From the NCBI GenBank assembly GCA_903884375.1, contig CAISER010000041.1:9164-73163 (forward strand): DNA of 64,000 nt. Direction: 5' to 3'. The DNA is from Candidatus Collierbacteria bacterium (GTDB lineage: Bacteria; Patescibacteriota; Microgenomatia; UBA1400; MFAQ01). This document shows, piece after piece, positions 1 through 9,201 of this stretch (position 1 is its first letter; the number at the start of each line of letters is the position of its first letter). The translations under genes and the position numbers were made by a program. Below the pieces are notes generated by a model, which was not told the DNA's origin, searched no databases, and saw only the letters and a list, made by a program, of their open reading frames with translations.

Positions 1-40
1 AGAATCCAGAGTGTACTTTAAGAGTTTTCATTTTTAGGAG

Positions 41-403
41 GTGGTGAAAATGGAGAAACGAAGTGGTGAAGTTTTAGAGCTTAAAGATCTAGTTGAAATA
101 GCAAAAAGCTTAGTTACTTTGCTTGAGGGGAAGGTCTTCGATATTGTGTCTTACCATTCAAGATTAAATTACTTTCCGATGGTAGTAGAAAGCAGACAGT
201 TAAAATCGCGAGAAATAGTTGTCATTGACACCTTAGTAAAATTGTTGTTATCTCCAAGCAGATCTCTTTCTTTTGATTTAAAAGAAAAACCGGAGATTAT
301 AATGGTATCAGACCGACAGATCATAATCGTAAGACTTTTATCGCCAAGAGACACCGTTACGAGAGTGATTTTGATTAATGAGAAGAAATCGGAAAATGAT
401 TAA
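41..403 (+). CDS. hypothetical protein (orphan)
   Basis: 120-aa ORF with AGGAGG upstream and a terminator downstream; no family recognised. Confidence 0.6.
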   Translation: MVKMEKRSGEVLELKDLVEIAKSLVTLLEGKVFDIVSYHSRLNYFPMVVESRQLKSREIVVIDTLVKLLLSPSRSLSFDLKEKPEIIMVSDRQIIIVRLLSPRDTVTRVILINEKKSEND

Positions 404-411
404 TATGTTTT

Positions 412-439
412 GACCCTCGGAAACGGGGGTCTTTTTTTT
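412..439 (+). terminator. intrinsic terminator
   Basis: GACCCTCG-gaaa-CGGGGGTC followed by T8. Confidence 0.85.
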
Positions 440-618
440 AAAAAACGGGTTTTAAAGTGATGGGGAGAACTATTTTGAATTATTGAGTAAGTTTAATATT
501 TTTTGAAGAGGGGTAGCTGAGTTTTAAATTGATATAGTGTCTGAGAAAACTGAGTAGTTTTGATGTGGTTATTGATAGTTGACACGAGTGAGGGGGACAA
601 CATAAGGTATTAACTATC

Positions 619-2157
619 GTGAGCTTTTATCAAAAATATCGACCAAAGAAAATTAAGGAACTAGACCTAGTGGCTGTGCGTGATTCTTTGGCGTCTACCT
701 TAAAGAGTGGAAAGATATCTCATGCCTATTTGTTTGTGGGGCCTCGTGGTTCCGGAAAAACCAGCACGGCTAGAATACTGGCTCAAATTGTTAACTGCGA
801 AAATAATCAAGATAAAAAAGATAATCTGGAAGAACCCTGCGGTAAGTGCGATTCTTGTTTGTCACTTATTGGTGGAAGTAGCGTGGACGTGATTGAAATT
901 GACGCAGCTTCAAGTGGCTTGGTAGATGATATTCGTGATTTACGAGAGAAGGTACGTTTAGCACCCGTACAGCTTCCCAAAAAGGTTTATATCATCGATG
1001 AAGTACACATGGTCTCGACGGCAGGGTTTAACGCGCTTTTAAAGACATTGGAGGAGCCTCCCAAACATGCCATTTTTATTTTATGTACAACTGAAGCGCA
1101 AAAAGTACCGGAGACAATTATGAGTAGGTGTGCCAGAGTAAACTTTACCAAAGCCACCGATAAGGAAATCATCGGCTCTTTAATGAAGGCTGTTAAGGGA
1201 GAAAAACTGGATATCGATGAAGACGCTCTTAGAGAAATAGCTGATGCTACCGATGGTAGTTTCCGTGAAGGTCATAAATTGCTGGAACAGTTGGCTGCGT
1301 ATGGAAAAACAATTGATGCAGGATTGGTATTGGAAGTATTAGGGATAGCCGGTAGGGTAACAATAAAAAAACTATTGGAAGCAGCAATAAAAAGAGATAC
1401 TGGAAAAATAGTGAAAATTTTTGAAGAAATGGAAAAAGGTGGCATAAAAGCCCAAGTATTGGCATCATCACTGTTATCTGAGGTCAAAATTTTGCTTGAA
1501 GATAGTTTGGAGAGAGGGAGTTTGGTTAAAGACGAACTTAAACTAATCGATGAATTGATAGAGGCTACAGATAAAATAAAGGTGTCCCCCTTACCTTTAT
1601 TGCCATTGGAAATTGCTTTATTGACATTAGCTATTGATGAAAGCGGAGGGGCAACCTCCCCAAAAGTTGAGGCTCCTGCCCAGCCGAAAGAAAAAACAAA
1701 AGAAATAATAAATGTTAATACGGAAAGTACTATAACAGGGGAAAACGAAACAGATAAGAGTAATGTGGTTGTACAAAATTATGATGGGCCTTTGGTGAGT
1801 ATTGATAGGATAAAAACTGAGTGGATGGACTTTTTGAACGTCATGTCTACCAGTTGTGGTTCTTTGGCGGGAATGCTACGACTGGTATCGCCAGTGGACT
1901 TTAAAGGAAAATCTTTAACTCTTTCAGTAACATCAAGATTTCAACAGGATATGCTGGAGCGAGACGTTAAAAAGAAATTGATAGAAGAACAAATGGCAAA
2001 AATTTGGGGACCAATGACTTTTAAATGTGTTTTGGGAGAAAAAGAACCAGTACGAACAGCTCCAGAATTACAAGATCTTAATGTATTACCTGTTAATGAT
2101 GAGGAGACTGAAGACAAAGGCATTGTATCGGCTGCAGAAAAGATATTTGGTAGTTGA
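619..2157 (+). CDS. dnaX: DNA polymerase III subunit gamma/tau
   Basis: YQKYRPK start, Walker A GPRGSGKTS, PCGKCDSC zinc module, IDEVHM, FNALLKTLEEPP, SRC. Confidence 0.97.
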   Translation: MSFYQKYRPKKIKELDLVAVRDSLASTLKSGKISHAYLFVGPRGSGKTSTARILAQIVNCENNQDKKDNLEEPCGKCDSCLSLIGGSSVDVIEIDAASSGLVDDIRDLREKVRLAPVQLPKKVYIIDEVHMVSTAGFNALLKTLEEPPKHAIFILCTTEAQKVPETIMSRCARVNFTKATDKEIIGSLMKAVKGEKLDIDEDALREIADATDGSFREGHKLLEQLAAYGKTIDAGLVLEVLGIAGRVTIKKLLEAAIKRDTGKIVKIFEEMEKGGIKAQVLASSLLSEVKILLEDSLERGSLVKDELKLIDELIEATDKIKVSPLPLLPLEIALLTLAIDESGGATSPKVEAPAQPKEKTKEIINVNTESTITGENETDKSNVVVQNYDGPLVSIDRIKTEWMDFLNVMSTSCGSLAGMLRLVSPVDFKGKSLTLSVTSRFQQDMLERDVKKKLIEEQMAKIWGPMTFKCVLGEKEPVRTAPELQDLNVLPVNDEETEDKGIVSAAEKIFGS

Positions 2158-2277
2158 TTTTTGAAAATTATTTCTTTTGTTATCGTTTTCTCATTAATGT
2201 ATCTGTCGCTTAATATCATTTTATCTTCATTGAGGGAGATGTTATACAATAGGATTTGTTAAAAGTTATTTTTTAAA

Positions 2278-2571
2278 ATGTTTAACGGAATAAAACAGTT
2301 CGGTTCACAAGGCGCAGCTATTGCTAAATTGGCCATATTGCAGAAAAAGATTCAGAACCACAAGACGGAGGTAGAAGAAAACGGAGTAAAGGCGGTTGTT
2401 TCCGGAGATGGAAAACTGAAAGAGCTATTTATCGATGAGGAAAATATGAATAAGGCGGTTAAGGTGATTAACGAAGCGATTACCAAGGCACAAAAATACT
2501 CTGCCGAGGAGATGAAGGATTCGATGGGGGATTTGTCTAAGGTTTTGGCCAATATGCCTAAAGGAATGTAG
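2278..2571 (+). CDS. ybaB: YbaB/EbfC nucleoid-associated protein
   Basis: 97 aa between dnaX and recR (conserved order); GVKAVVSGDGKLKELFID segment. Confidence 0.8.
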   Translation: MFNGIKQFGSQGAAIAKLAILQKKIQNHKTEVEENGVKAVVSGDGKLKELFIDEENMNKAVKVINEAITKAQKYSAEEMKDSMGDLSKVLANMPKGM

Positions 2572-2573
2572 TT

Positions 2574-3182
2574 ATGCGAAGTATACGCCCGGTTCAAAAA
2601 GTAATCGATGCGTTTGAGTCTTTGCCTGGTGTGGGACCAAAGTCGGCCGCTCGACTGGCATATTACCTTCTTAACGTTCCTCAAGAAAAATTAACGAAAT
2701 TTTCGGAGGCTTTGGAAAACTTAAAAAAGGATACCAAGCTTTGTGCGCTGTGTTTTAATGTGGGAGAAGAGGAGTTTTGTCCAGTTTGCCAGGATGAGTC
2801 TAGAGATAGAACCCAAGTATGCGTGGTAGAGAATTCATTGGACTTACTGGCATTTGAAAGATCAGATGGCTTTGTTGGCGTATATCACGTCCTTGGGGGA
2901 GTAATTAATCCTTTGGCTAATATTGGACCAAATGATTTGAGGATTTCTCAGCTTTTAGGGAGAATAAAAACAGGCGAGATAAAAGAGCTAATTATTGCCA
3001 CTAATCCCAATATGGAGGGTGAGGCAACGGCGATGTATATCACCCAAAAAATTAAGGATATGGGTCTGAGTGAAAAGCTGAGAATTACGAGGATTGGCAG
3101 GGGTTTGCCGACAGGGGCGGATGTGGAGTACGCCGATGGGCAAACCTTATTGAGAGCGCTTGAAGGCCGAAGTGAGATGTAG
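2574..3182 (+). CDS. recR: recombination mediator RecR
   Basis: LPGVGPKSAARLA, C4 zinc finger, YHVLGG, ATNPNMEGEATA TOPRIM. Confidence 0.97.
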   Translation: MRSIRPVQKVIDAFESLPGVGPKSAARLAYYLLNVPQEKLTKFSEALENLKKDTKLCALCFNVGEEEFCPVCQDESRDRTQVCVVENSLDLLAFERSDGFVGVYHVLGGVINPLANIGPNDLRISQLLGRIKTGEIKELIIATNPNMEGEATAMYITQKIKDMGLSEKLRITRIGRGLPTGADVEYADGQTLLRALEGRSEM

Positions 3183-3213
3183 AACATTTCTTTATATGGT
3201 TTAATTAATTGAT

Positions 3214-3639
3214 ATGTCAAGTGTTTTAGGACAAATTGGCCAAAACGTAGCTGATAATCTATTTGAATTAGGCCAGGGCGCCGTGAAGGGAACTGTTGGT
3301 GTTGTTGCAGATGTAGCTCAGGAAGCCGTAGAACAAGTTATTCCGTCTCATAACCTATCTGATGTTCAATATAGCGATAAACAAACAGGAATCGAAAAGA
3401 ACAAAAATATCGAAGACAGAAAAATGATGGAAAAACGAAGATTTGAAGAAGTTAGAAGCGAACTGGCAAGATATTCTTCATGGAAGAAAGAACAAGATAG
3501 GAAAATAGCCGAGGAAAAATCAGCAGAAGGTCAGCAAAGACAAAAAGAAAAAATAGAAAAAAAAGAAAAAGATAATTGGGTGAAAAGAATGATTAATAGA
3601 TCCCAAACATCTACAGAAAAGGGAAGATTGGTGGAATAA
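3214..3639 (+). CDS. hypothetical protein with charged coiled-coil C-terminal half
   Basis: 141-aa ORF filling the gap; K/E/R-rich. Confidence 0.65.
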   Translation: MSSVLGQIGQNVADNLFELGQGAVKGTVGVVADVAQEAVEQVIPSHNLSDVQYSDKQTGIEKNKNIEDRKMMEKRRFEEVRSELARYSSWKKEQDRKIAEEKSAEGQQRQKEKIEKKEKDNWVKRMINRSQTSTEKGRLVE

Positions 3640-3640
3640 A

Positions 3641-5362
3641 TTAATTCACCGTGACAGTGGTCTGAGGCGAGTTTCTTTTAGCGTAAATTACTGTTTTGTA
3701 TGGAGGAATGTTTAGATCTGCAACACTAGTCGTTGTGTATGAAAATGATCCAGCGTGTGAGGCTCCACGACTTAAAGAACCACTATTGCATTTTGTAGTG
3801 GCAGTGCTCAGTGATACTGTTCTGGAATGAGTATGTGTCGTAGTGCCTCCTGAAGTTCCCGGGGTGGCATTGCCATAGATAAATTTACCATCAAGACTAG
3901 TGTATCTAGCCCAGCCAAGTGGTGGTAACACGTCAGTAATAGTAATTAAATTCGCGATACCTTTTGCATCACTATTAACAGAAGCAAAGGACATTGTTAA
4001 ATAAGGGGGTAAATTAGAATCTGAACTGGTGGTACCAGCTGTTGCGGAATGTCCGAGACCGCCACAATTATTTGCTGTTCCTCCATCAATAACACCTGTG
4101 TTTGTGGTATTAGATATGCCAACAGATGTTTCCGTGTGGGAGTGAGTGGATGCTCCAGCAGGTGTTGGTGTCAAATTATATGACGAATATAATCGAGGAA
4201 AATATCCGTTCAGATTTGTGTTGGCAGTCCAACCAGAAGGAACTGATGAGTCAAATATTCCGATAAGTCCTGATTTTATGGATAAGTCTGAATTTTTACA
4301 CAGAACCATGTCGACATAGGGAGGGTAAACGGTAATGGCGGCAGGGAAATTTATGGTATATGAATGCGTGTGGGATCCGGAGGCAACTTTGGTTGCATTT
4401 GTTGAGCTTGTTGTACTTGATCCGTGAGTAAAACTACCAGATGCTGTATGTGTATGGGTTGCTGAGCCTCCTGTTGTTCCATAAGTGCTGCTTCCATAAG
4501 GGAAATACCCCGTGTCAAAATCAGTGTTTCTTGTCCATGATGTCGGACATGTTGCAGAAGTGTACATTAAATTAAACGACCCGCTCCAGGCTAGGAAACC
4601 ATTGGTTGTGGTAACACCATCATAATCAAGATTAATGGTTTTAGTTCCATTGGGAATCGAGGGAACTCTAACCCAAATTTGAGTATCGGTTGTATTACAA
4701 CCGGATTCAATCCAATAATTAAGAGAGGTGGTATTATCAGAGTCTTTGATACGGATATCTCCACAATCTGCAGTCATGGAAGCAGCAGCTATGGGGGTAG
4801 CTGTATCTAAAGAAAAAAGAACATCGTAGTCTGTAAGAGTTGTTCCAGAATTGGTAATGGCTATATTGTTGTGGCCAAAACAGGAGTTGTTGGCAGAAAA
4901 AACATTTGCATTACAATCAGCGACAGTAAAAGATTTTGCCAAACATTTTCTTCTTTTTCCAGAGGCGGTTGCGAGAGATAAAGTATCAAGTGCGTCAGGG
5001 TAGCCATCTGTATCACTATCTACCATATATATAGGTGCTCCAATTTTGATTTGTGCTCCGGTTCCTAAATTCATTACCGCTCCTGCCTCCATAACTAGAG
5101 AACCAACGACGATAGTAGAGTTTGCCAGAGTGGTTATAGCAACATTTGAGCCAACAGTCAAAATGGCAGTGTTAGTGGTTGAAAGCTCATTGTTATTACA
5201 CTCATCAATTCCGTTTATGCTATTTGTAGCCGCAATATCACAGGTGGAGGAAATCGTATAGTTACCAGAAGCTGGAAGAGAACAAGCGGCTGCGTGGGCA
5301 GATTTTGGATAGAATAATAAACAAAATACTAATGTTAGGAAAATAATATTTATTTTTTTCAT
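3641..5362 (-). CDS. secreted surface protein: signal peptide, DUF2341-like domain, three tail-fibre-like HxH repeats
   Basis: MKK plus hydrophobic stretch and AHA site; DCGDIRI...LNYWIE...IWVRVP typical of DUF2341; three P-x-x-W...G-x-F...THxH...PPY units. Confidence 0.8.
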   Translation of the reverse strand: MKKINIIFLTLVFCLLFYPKSAHAAACSLPASGNYTISSTCDIAATNSINGIDECNNNELSTTNTAILTVGSNVAITTLANSTIVVGSLVMEAGAVMNLGTGAQIKIGAPIYMVDSDTDGYPDALDTLSLATASGKRRKCLAKSFTVADCNANVFSANNSCFGHNNIAITNSGTTLTDYDVLFSLDTATPIAAASMTADCGDIRIKDSDNTTSLNYWIESGCNTTDTQIWVRVPSIPNGTKTINLDYDGVTTTNGFLAWSGSFNLMYTSATCPTSWTRNTDFDTGYFPYGSSTYGTTGGSATHTHTASGSFTHGSSTTSSTNATKVASGSHTHSYTINFPAAITVYPPYVDMVLCKNSDLSIKSGLIGIFDSSVPSGWTANTNLNGYFPRLYSSYNLTPTPAGASTHSHTETSVGISNTTNTGVIDGGTANNCGGLGHSATAGTTSSDSNLPPYLTMSFASVNSDAKGIANLITITDVLPPLGWARYTSLDGKFIYGNATPGTSGGTTTHTHSRTVSLSTATTKCNSGSLSRGASHAGSFSYTTTSVADLNIPPYKTVIYAKRNSPQTTVTVN

Positions 5363-5979
5363 CTGATGGAAATTGTGTTTTTGCTAGTATTTGTTCCGTC
5401 GCTAATCTCAATACCGAAGGTGTAAGTCTGGTTGTGGGTGTCATCTATTTTCCAAGAACCAGACCACTGACCATCTAGGGGAGTTCCGTTGGTAAGTATT
5501 AGATTGTATGTTGGACTTTTGTTGTCAGAGTTAAGTGTTATTTTTGCGGCGGTAACCGGTTTGGTGTGATTTACATAAAGAGTAAATTTTTGTACTGTTC
5601 CAACACTTGGGTCATGTGGATCGATGACTGCCTTAGTCATCTTGGGGCCATTTGTTTTTCCTTGACTGATGGTATATGTTTCAAGACCTTTAATTATGGG
5701 GATGGGAGTTGGGGTGGCTTTAGGTTTTTTAGGAGCTGTGAGGGTAATCGAATTATTTGATATGGTGAGAGATTCGTTATTTAATATTTTAAATAAAACG
5801 ATATAGGCAACTAAGCAGATGGAAGCAATTCCCAAAAAAAAGGAGAGAACTAAAAAGAGACATTTGTTGTTGGTGACAAGATTATTCTTTTTTCCTACAT
5901 TATCATTTTTTTCTACCATAACCTCATCGGTTCCATTATCCATATCTATATTTATGACAGTATTTTGTTGTGCTGTCAA
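5359..5979 (-). CDS. single-pass membrane protein with beta-rich extracellular domain
   Basis: one TM segment, Pro/Thr linker, Ig-like beta strands; stop overlaps next start; start codon uncertain. Confidence 0.7.
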   Translation of the reverse strand: MTAQQNTVINIDMDNGTDEVMVEKNDNVGKKNNLVTNNKCLFLVLSFFLGIASICLVAYIVLFKILNNESLTISNNSITLTAPKKPKATPTPIPIIKGLETYTISQGKTNGPKMTKAVIDPHDPSVGTVQKFTLYVNHTKPVTAAKITLNSDNKSPTYNLILTNGTPLDGQWSGSWKIDDTHNQTYTFGIEISDGTNTSKNTISIR

Positions 5980-6004
5980 ATAAAAAGTGGGATAGAATTG
6001 GTTT

Positions 6005-7408
6005 ATGTTAAATCTGTATAACAGTTTGTCAAAGAAACAGGAAATTTTTGTACCAATACATAAAGGAGAAGTAGGAATGTATGCTTGTGGTCCGACTGTT
6101 TATGGTTTTACTCATATTGGGCATGGACGTAAATATGTGACGGATGATGTTTTAAAAAGAACTTTGGAAGTTCTTGAGGAACTGAAAGTAAAGCACGTAC
6201 AGAACGTTACGGATGTAGGTCACTTGGTGTCGGACGGAGACGAAGGTGAAGACAAAATGGAAAAAGGTGCTGCAGCTACCGGGAAAACTGTTTGGGAAGT
6301 GGCTAAAGAGTACACCGATTATTTTAATAAGGTAATGAAAGAATTGAATGTATTAACGCCAACGGTGATATGCAAGGCAACAGAGCATATTGATGACCAA
6401 ATTGCATTAATTGAAAAAATTATTGCAAATGGATTTGGTTATGACACGGAAGAGGCAGTATATTTTGACGTCACTAAATTTAAAGACTATGGAAAAATGT
6501 TTAATCAAACGTTTGAGGATAAGACAATCGGAGCACGTGAGGAAGTGGAAACGGGAAAATATAAAAAACATCCAGCTGATTTTGTTTTGTGGTTTAAAAG
6601 AGTAGGAAAGTTTAGAGATCACGTAATGCACTGGAATAGTCCTTGGGGGGATGGTTTCCCTGGGTGGCATATCGAGTGTAGTGCGATGAGTATGAAGTAT
6701 TTGGGTGAACAGTTTGATATTCATACAGGGGGAGAAGATCATCTTTCAATTCATCACCCAAATGAGATTGCCCAAAGCGAAGCAGCCACAGGCAAAAAAC
6801 CATTTGTAAAGTACTGGATGCATACTACTTTCTTAATGGTTGATGGAAAAAAGATGAGCAAAAGTTTGGGAAATCTTTACAGGTTGTCTGATTTAGCTGA
6901 GAAGGGTTTTTCACCATTGACTCTGAGGTATTATTTTTTGACAACTCATTACAGAAAACAGATGAATTTTACTTGGGAAGGTTTGTCTGGAGCAAAAAAT
7001 GCTTTAGCGAAATTAAACAAAACGGTGATAGACCTTTCCGATGTACCGGTAACGGCAGATGGATGGTCGGATGAAGGAAGGGACTATTATGAAAAGTTTA
7101 TAATGGCCATGGAAGATGATTTGAATACCTCTTTAGCCTTATCAGTTGTTTGGGAAATGATGAAGAGCAAAATTTCAGATGGAGCCAAAAAGAATCTAAT
7201 TGTGGTAATGGATTCGGTACTGGGGTTAAATTTAGGGAAAGAGGAGATTTTGGATATCCCCAAAGAAATAATGGACTTGTTGGCAAAAAGAGAAGAAGCA
7301 AGAAAAACAAAAAATTGGGAAGCTTCCGATAGAATCCGTGATGAAATTTTGGCACAAGGATATCGAGTTTATGATTTTGCTGATGGAGCAAAAGTAAAGA
7401 AGATTTGA
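6005..7408 (+). CDS. cysS: cysteine--tRNA ligase
   Basis: [32 protein letters not shown]. Confidence 0.98.
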   Translation: MLNLYNSLSKKQEIFVPIHKGEVGMYACGPTVYGFTHIGHGRKYVTDDVLKRTLEVLEELKVKHVQNVTDVGHLVSDGDEGEDKMEKGAAATGKTVWEVAKEYTDYFNKVMKELNVLTPTVICKATEHIDDQIALIEKIIANGFGYDTEEAVYFDVTKFKDYGKMFNQTFEDKTIGAREEVETGKYKKHPADFVLWFKRVGKFRDHVMHWNSPWGDGFPGWHIECSAMSMKYLGEQFDIHTGGEDHLSIHHPNEIAQSEAATGKKPFVKYWMHTTFLMVDGKKMSKSLGNLYRLSDLAEKGFSPLTLRYYFLTTHYRKQMNFTWEGLSGAKNALAKLNKTVIDLSDVPVTADGWSDEGRDYYEKFIMAMEDDLNTSLALSVVWEMMKSKISDGAKKNLIVVMDSVLGLNLGKEEILDIPKEIMDLLAKREEARKTKNWEASDRIRDEILAQGYRVYDFADGAKVKKI

Positions 7409-7425
7409 TTGTGTTAGACTGATTT

Positions 7426-7977
7426 ATGGCCTTAAATAAAGTGAGCACAGGGATCCTCTTAGTTGTCTTTTGTTTGGCTGGTTGGCAGGTTTGGAATTTG
7501 TCTTCAGTGAAAAGACCTGCGGTATTGGCAGAGGTTACACCCAAGACGATTGAAGAAAGAGTTAAATCGCTTGAAAATAGAGTTTATGTATTAGAAAAGA
7601 ACGCTGGTTTGATATCAACGGCTACTAAAAAAACTTCCGAGTCGTTTGTTTCACTGGCAGGTGGCGATATTGCGAACTTTGATTGGACCAAAATTGAAGG
7701 TACCGATTTTTCTTTTGATACTTCTTTATACGGAAAAACAGTGGAAGTTTCCTGGCAGGGTTGGCTTGAAGGTGCAGGATCGGTAAGGGTTTACGACTCG
7801 ACAAATCACAGAGCGGTTGATTTCAGTGAGTATTCATCAAGCTCTTCAGTAAAGAAAAGTTTCTACACAAAGGTGATGTCGATTTGGAGAGGGCAAAATC
7901 AGTATTATATTGAGGGGAAAACTGTAGGAGGTTTAGTTAGTTTGTCGGCACCACGATTGAAAATTGTGTCAAAGTGA
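7426..7977 (+). CDS. hypothetical exported/membrane-anchored protein
   Basis: N-terminal hydrophobic segment, short coiled coil, beta-rich C-terminal domain. Confidence 0.7.
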   Translation: MALNKVSTGILLVVFCLAGWQVWNLSSVKRPAVLAEVTPKTIEERVKSLENRVYVLEKNAGLISTATKKTSESFVSLAGGDIANFDWTKIEGTDFSFDTSLYGKTVEVSWQGWLEGAGSVRVYDSTNHRAVDFSEYSSSSSVKKSFYTKVMSIWRGQNQYYIEGKTVGGLVSLSAPRLKIVSK

Positions 7978-8213
7978 AGAGTTGGTCTGTATATATAGTA
8001 GAGTGTGTTGACGGAAGTTTTTATACCGGAATAACCGAAGATATTGATAATCGTTTGCGTGTTCATAATGCCGGAAAGGGGGCAAAATACACCCGAGGAA
8101 GAAGACCGGTAATTCTTCGATATGTGGAAAAAATGGCCGGTAAGAGTGAAGCTCTTAAGAGAGAAAACGAGATTAAAGGTTTAAAAAAGAGCCAAAAAAT
8201 GCGATTGTGGTAA
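7974..8213 (+). CDS. GIY-YIG nuclease family protein (UPF0213/YhbQ-like)
   Basis: VYIVECVDGSFYTGIT, RLRVHNAGKGAKYTR, ALKRENEIK. Confidence 0.93.
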   Translation: MKSWSVYIVECVDGSFYTGITEDIDNRLRVHNAGKGAKYTRGRRPVILRYVEKMAGKSEALKRENEIKGLKKSQKMRLW

Positions 8214-8252
8214 AATCTATCCCATAACTATACCTTAAAATTGGAGGTTAAG

Positions 8253-8585
8253 ATGTCAGAGCCGGTGTTTATGGACAATGATTTGGGCGGTGTAGTGTAT
8301 GTAAGTAAAAATGAATTAAGATTGATATTTAAGAATGGTGTCGATTATGTAATAAAAGTTGATACAACCGAGCTACTTAATGTTTTAGAAAATCGATCAA
8401 AAAAGAGTATTGAAACAATAAATTACATAATCGAGCCAATGTATTACGACTCAGAAGGGGCTTTGTTATCGCTTATTACCATCAAAAACACCAGACAGTA
8501 TGAAGATAGAGCCTTGGTATTCCATTGTGATTTAAAAGAAGCCTTAACCAGAATTAAAAATAAAAGTTATCCCTCTGCCATGTAG
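8253..8585 (+). CDS. hypothetical protein (orphan)
   Basis: ATG at 8253 preceded by GGAGG; terminator overlaps the stop. Confidence 0.6.
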   Translation: MSEPVFMDNDLGGVVYVSKNELRLIFKNGVDYVIKVDTTELLNVLENRSKKSIETINYIIEPMYYDSEGALLSLITIKNTRQYEDRALVFHCDLKEALTRIKNKSYPSAM

Positions 8586-8599
8586 GTAGAGGGATTTTT
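8569..8599 (+). terminator. intrinsic terminator
   Basis: ATCCCTCTGCC-atgta-GGTAGAGGGAT followed by T tract. Confidence 0.8.
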
Positions 8600-8635
8600 G
8601 TGGCTAAACAATGATCCGGGTGAGATAATCAAGTC

Positions 8636-8659
8636 ATGTCGTTAAAAGTAGGCACTTGA
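8636..8659 (+). pseudogene. ychF: displaced original 5' end of ychF (attL side)
   Basis: ATG TCG TTA AAA GTA GGC ACT TGA = MSLKVG(T*); joined at TAGG to 22341 onward it gives MSLKVGIVGLPNVGKSTLFNAL, a canonical YchF N-terminus. Confidence 0.85.
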
Positions 8660-8822
8660 ACTATACAGTGCCACTTTTTCAATTCACCTTTTCATTCCAA
8701 CTCCCCAGACCCCGAAAAGACCGTTTGATCGTACTTCGTGACAAACTTGGTCGAATCCTCAAGGCTGAAACTCCAAAACCATTATTCGCTATACCGGGAA
8801 GGGGTGCCCCATAACTGAACTT

Positions 8823-9194
8823 ATGCAATGCACATATCTCAAACAAGACGGAAGCCAATGCAGCGCAAACGCGATGAAAGAGTCGCAGTTTTGTTTTAGT
8901 CATAACCCCGACACTCAAACGGAAAAGCACCTTGCCACGGTGAAGGGTGGAGAAAACAGCCGCTCGATTGAACTCAATCTCCCGCCTGTTGAGCTACAAA
9001 AGCCAGAACATGTTGTGTGTATGCTCGGAGATACTATCAACGGTGTCCGTAGCGGGGAAATACCGCCCAATATCGCCAATACAGTCGGATATTTAGCTGG
9101 TCATCTTTTGAAAGCCATGGAAGTTGCTAATCTTGCCGGTAGGCTTGAGTTGGTCGAAAGTGTTCTTATTGAAAGAAAGATGAGGACACGGTGA
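8823..9194 (+). CDS. hypothetical protein with N-terminal Cys/His zinc knuckle and helical C-terminus
   Basis: C-x9-C...FCFSH motif, KGG, then SGEIPPNIANTVGYL...LAGRLELVE. Confidence 0.75.
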   Translation: MQCTYLKQDGSQCSANAMKESQFCFSHNPDTQTEKHLATVKGGENSRSIELNLPPVELQKPEHVVCMLGDTINGVRSGEIPPNIANTVGYLAGHLLKAMEVANLAGRLELVESVLIERKMRTR

Positions 9195-9201
9195 GGAGTT
9201 T

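Noticed and set aside
510-565. CTGAG repeated three times upstream of dnaX
   Set aside because: Short and irregularly spaced; compatible with chance.
619-2157. Programmed frameshift in dnaX producing gamma
   Set aside because: No clear A-AAA-AAG slippery site with stimulatory hairpin, nor a long A run, at the expected position.
8679-8930. 83-aa minus-strand ORF at the element's left end, and the many other short antisense ORFs
   Set aside because: They shadow better-supported frames on the opposite strand (here the integrase tail and the 123-aa gene).
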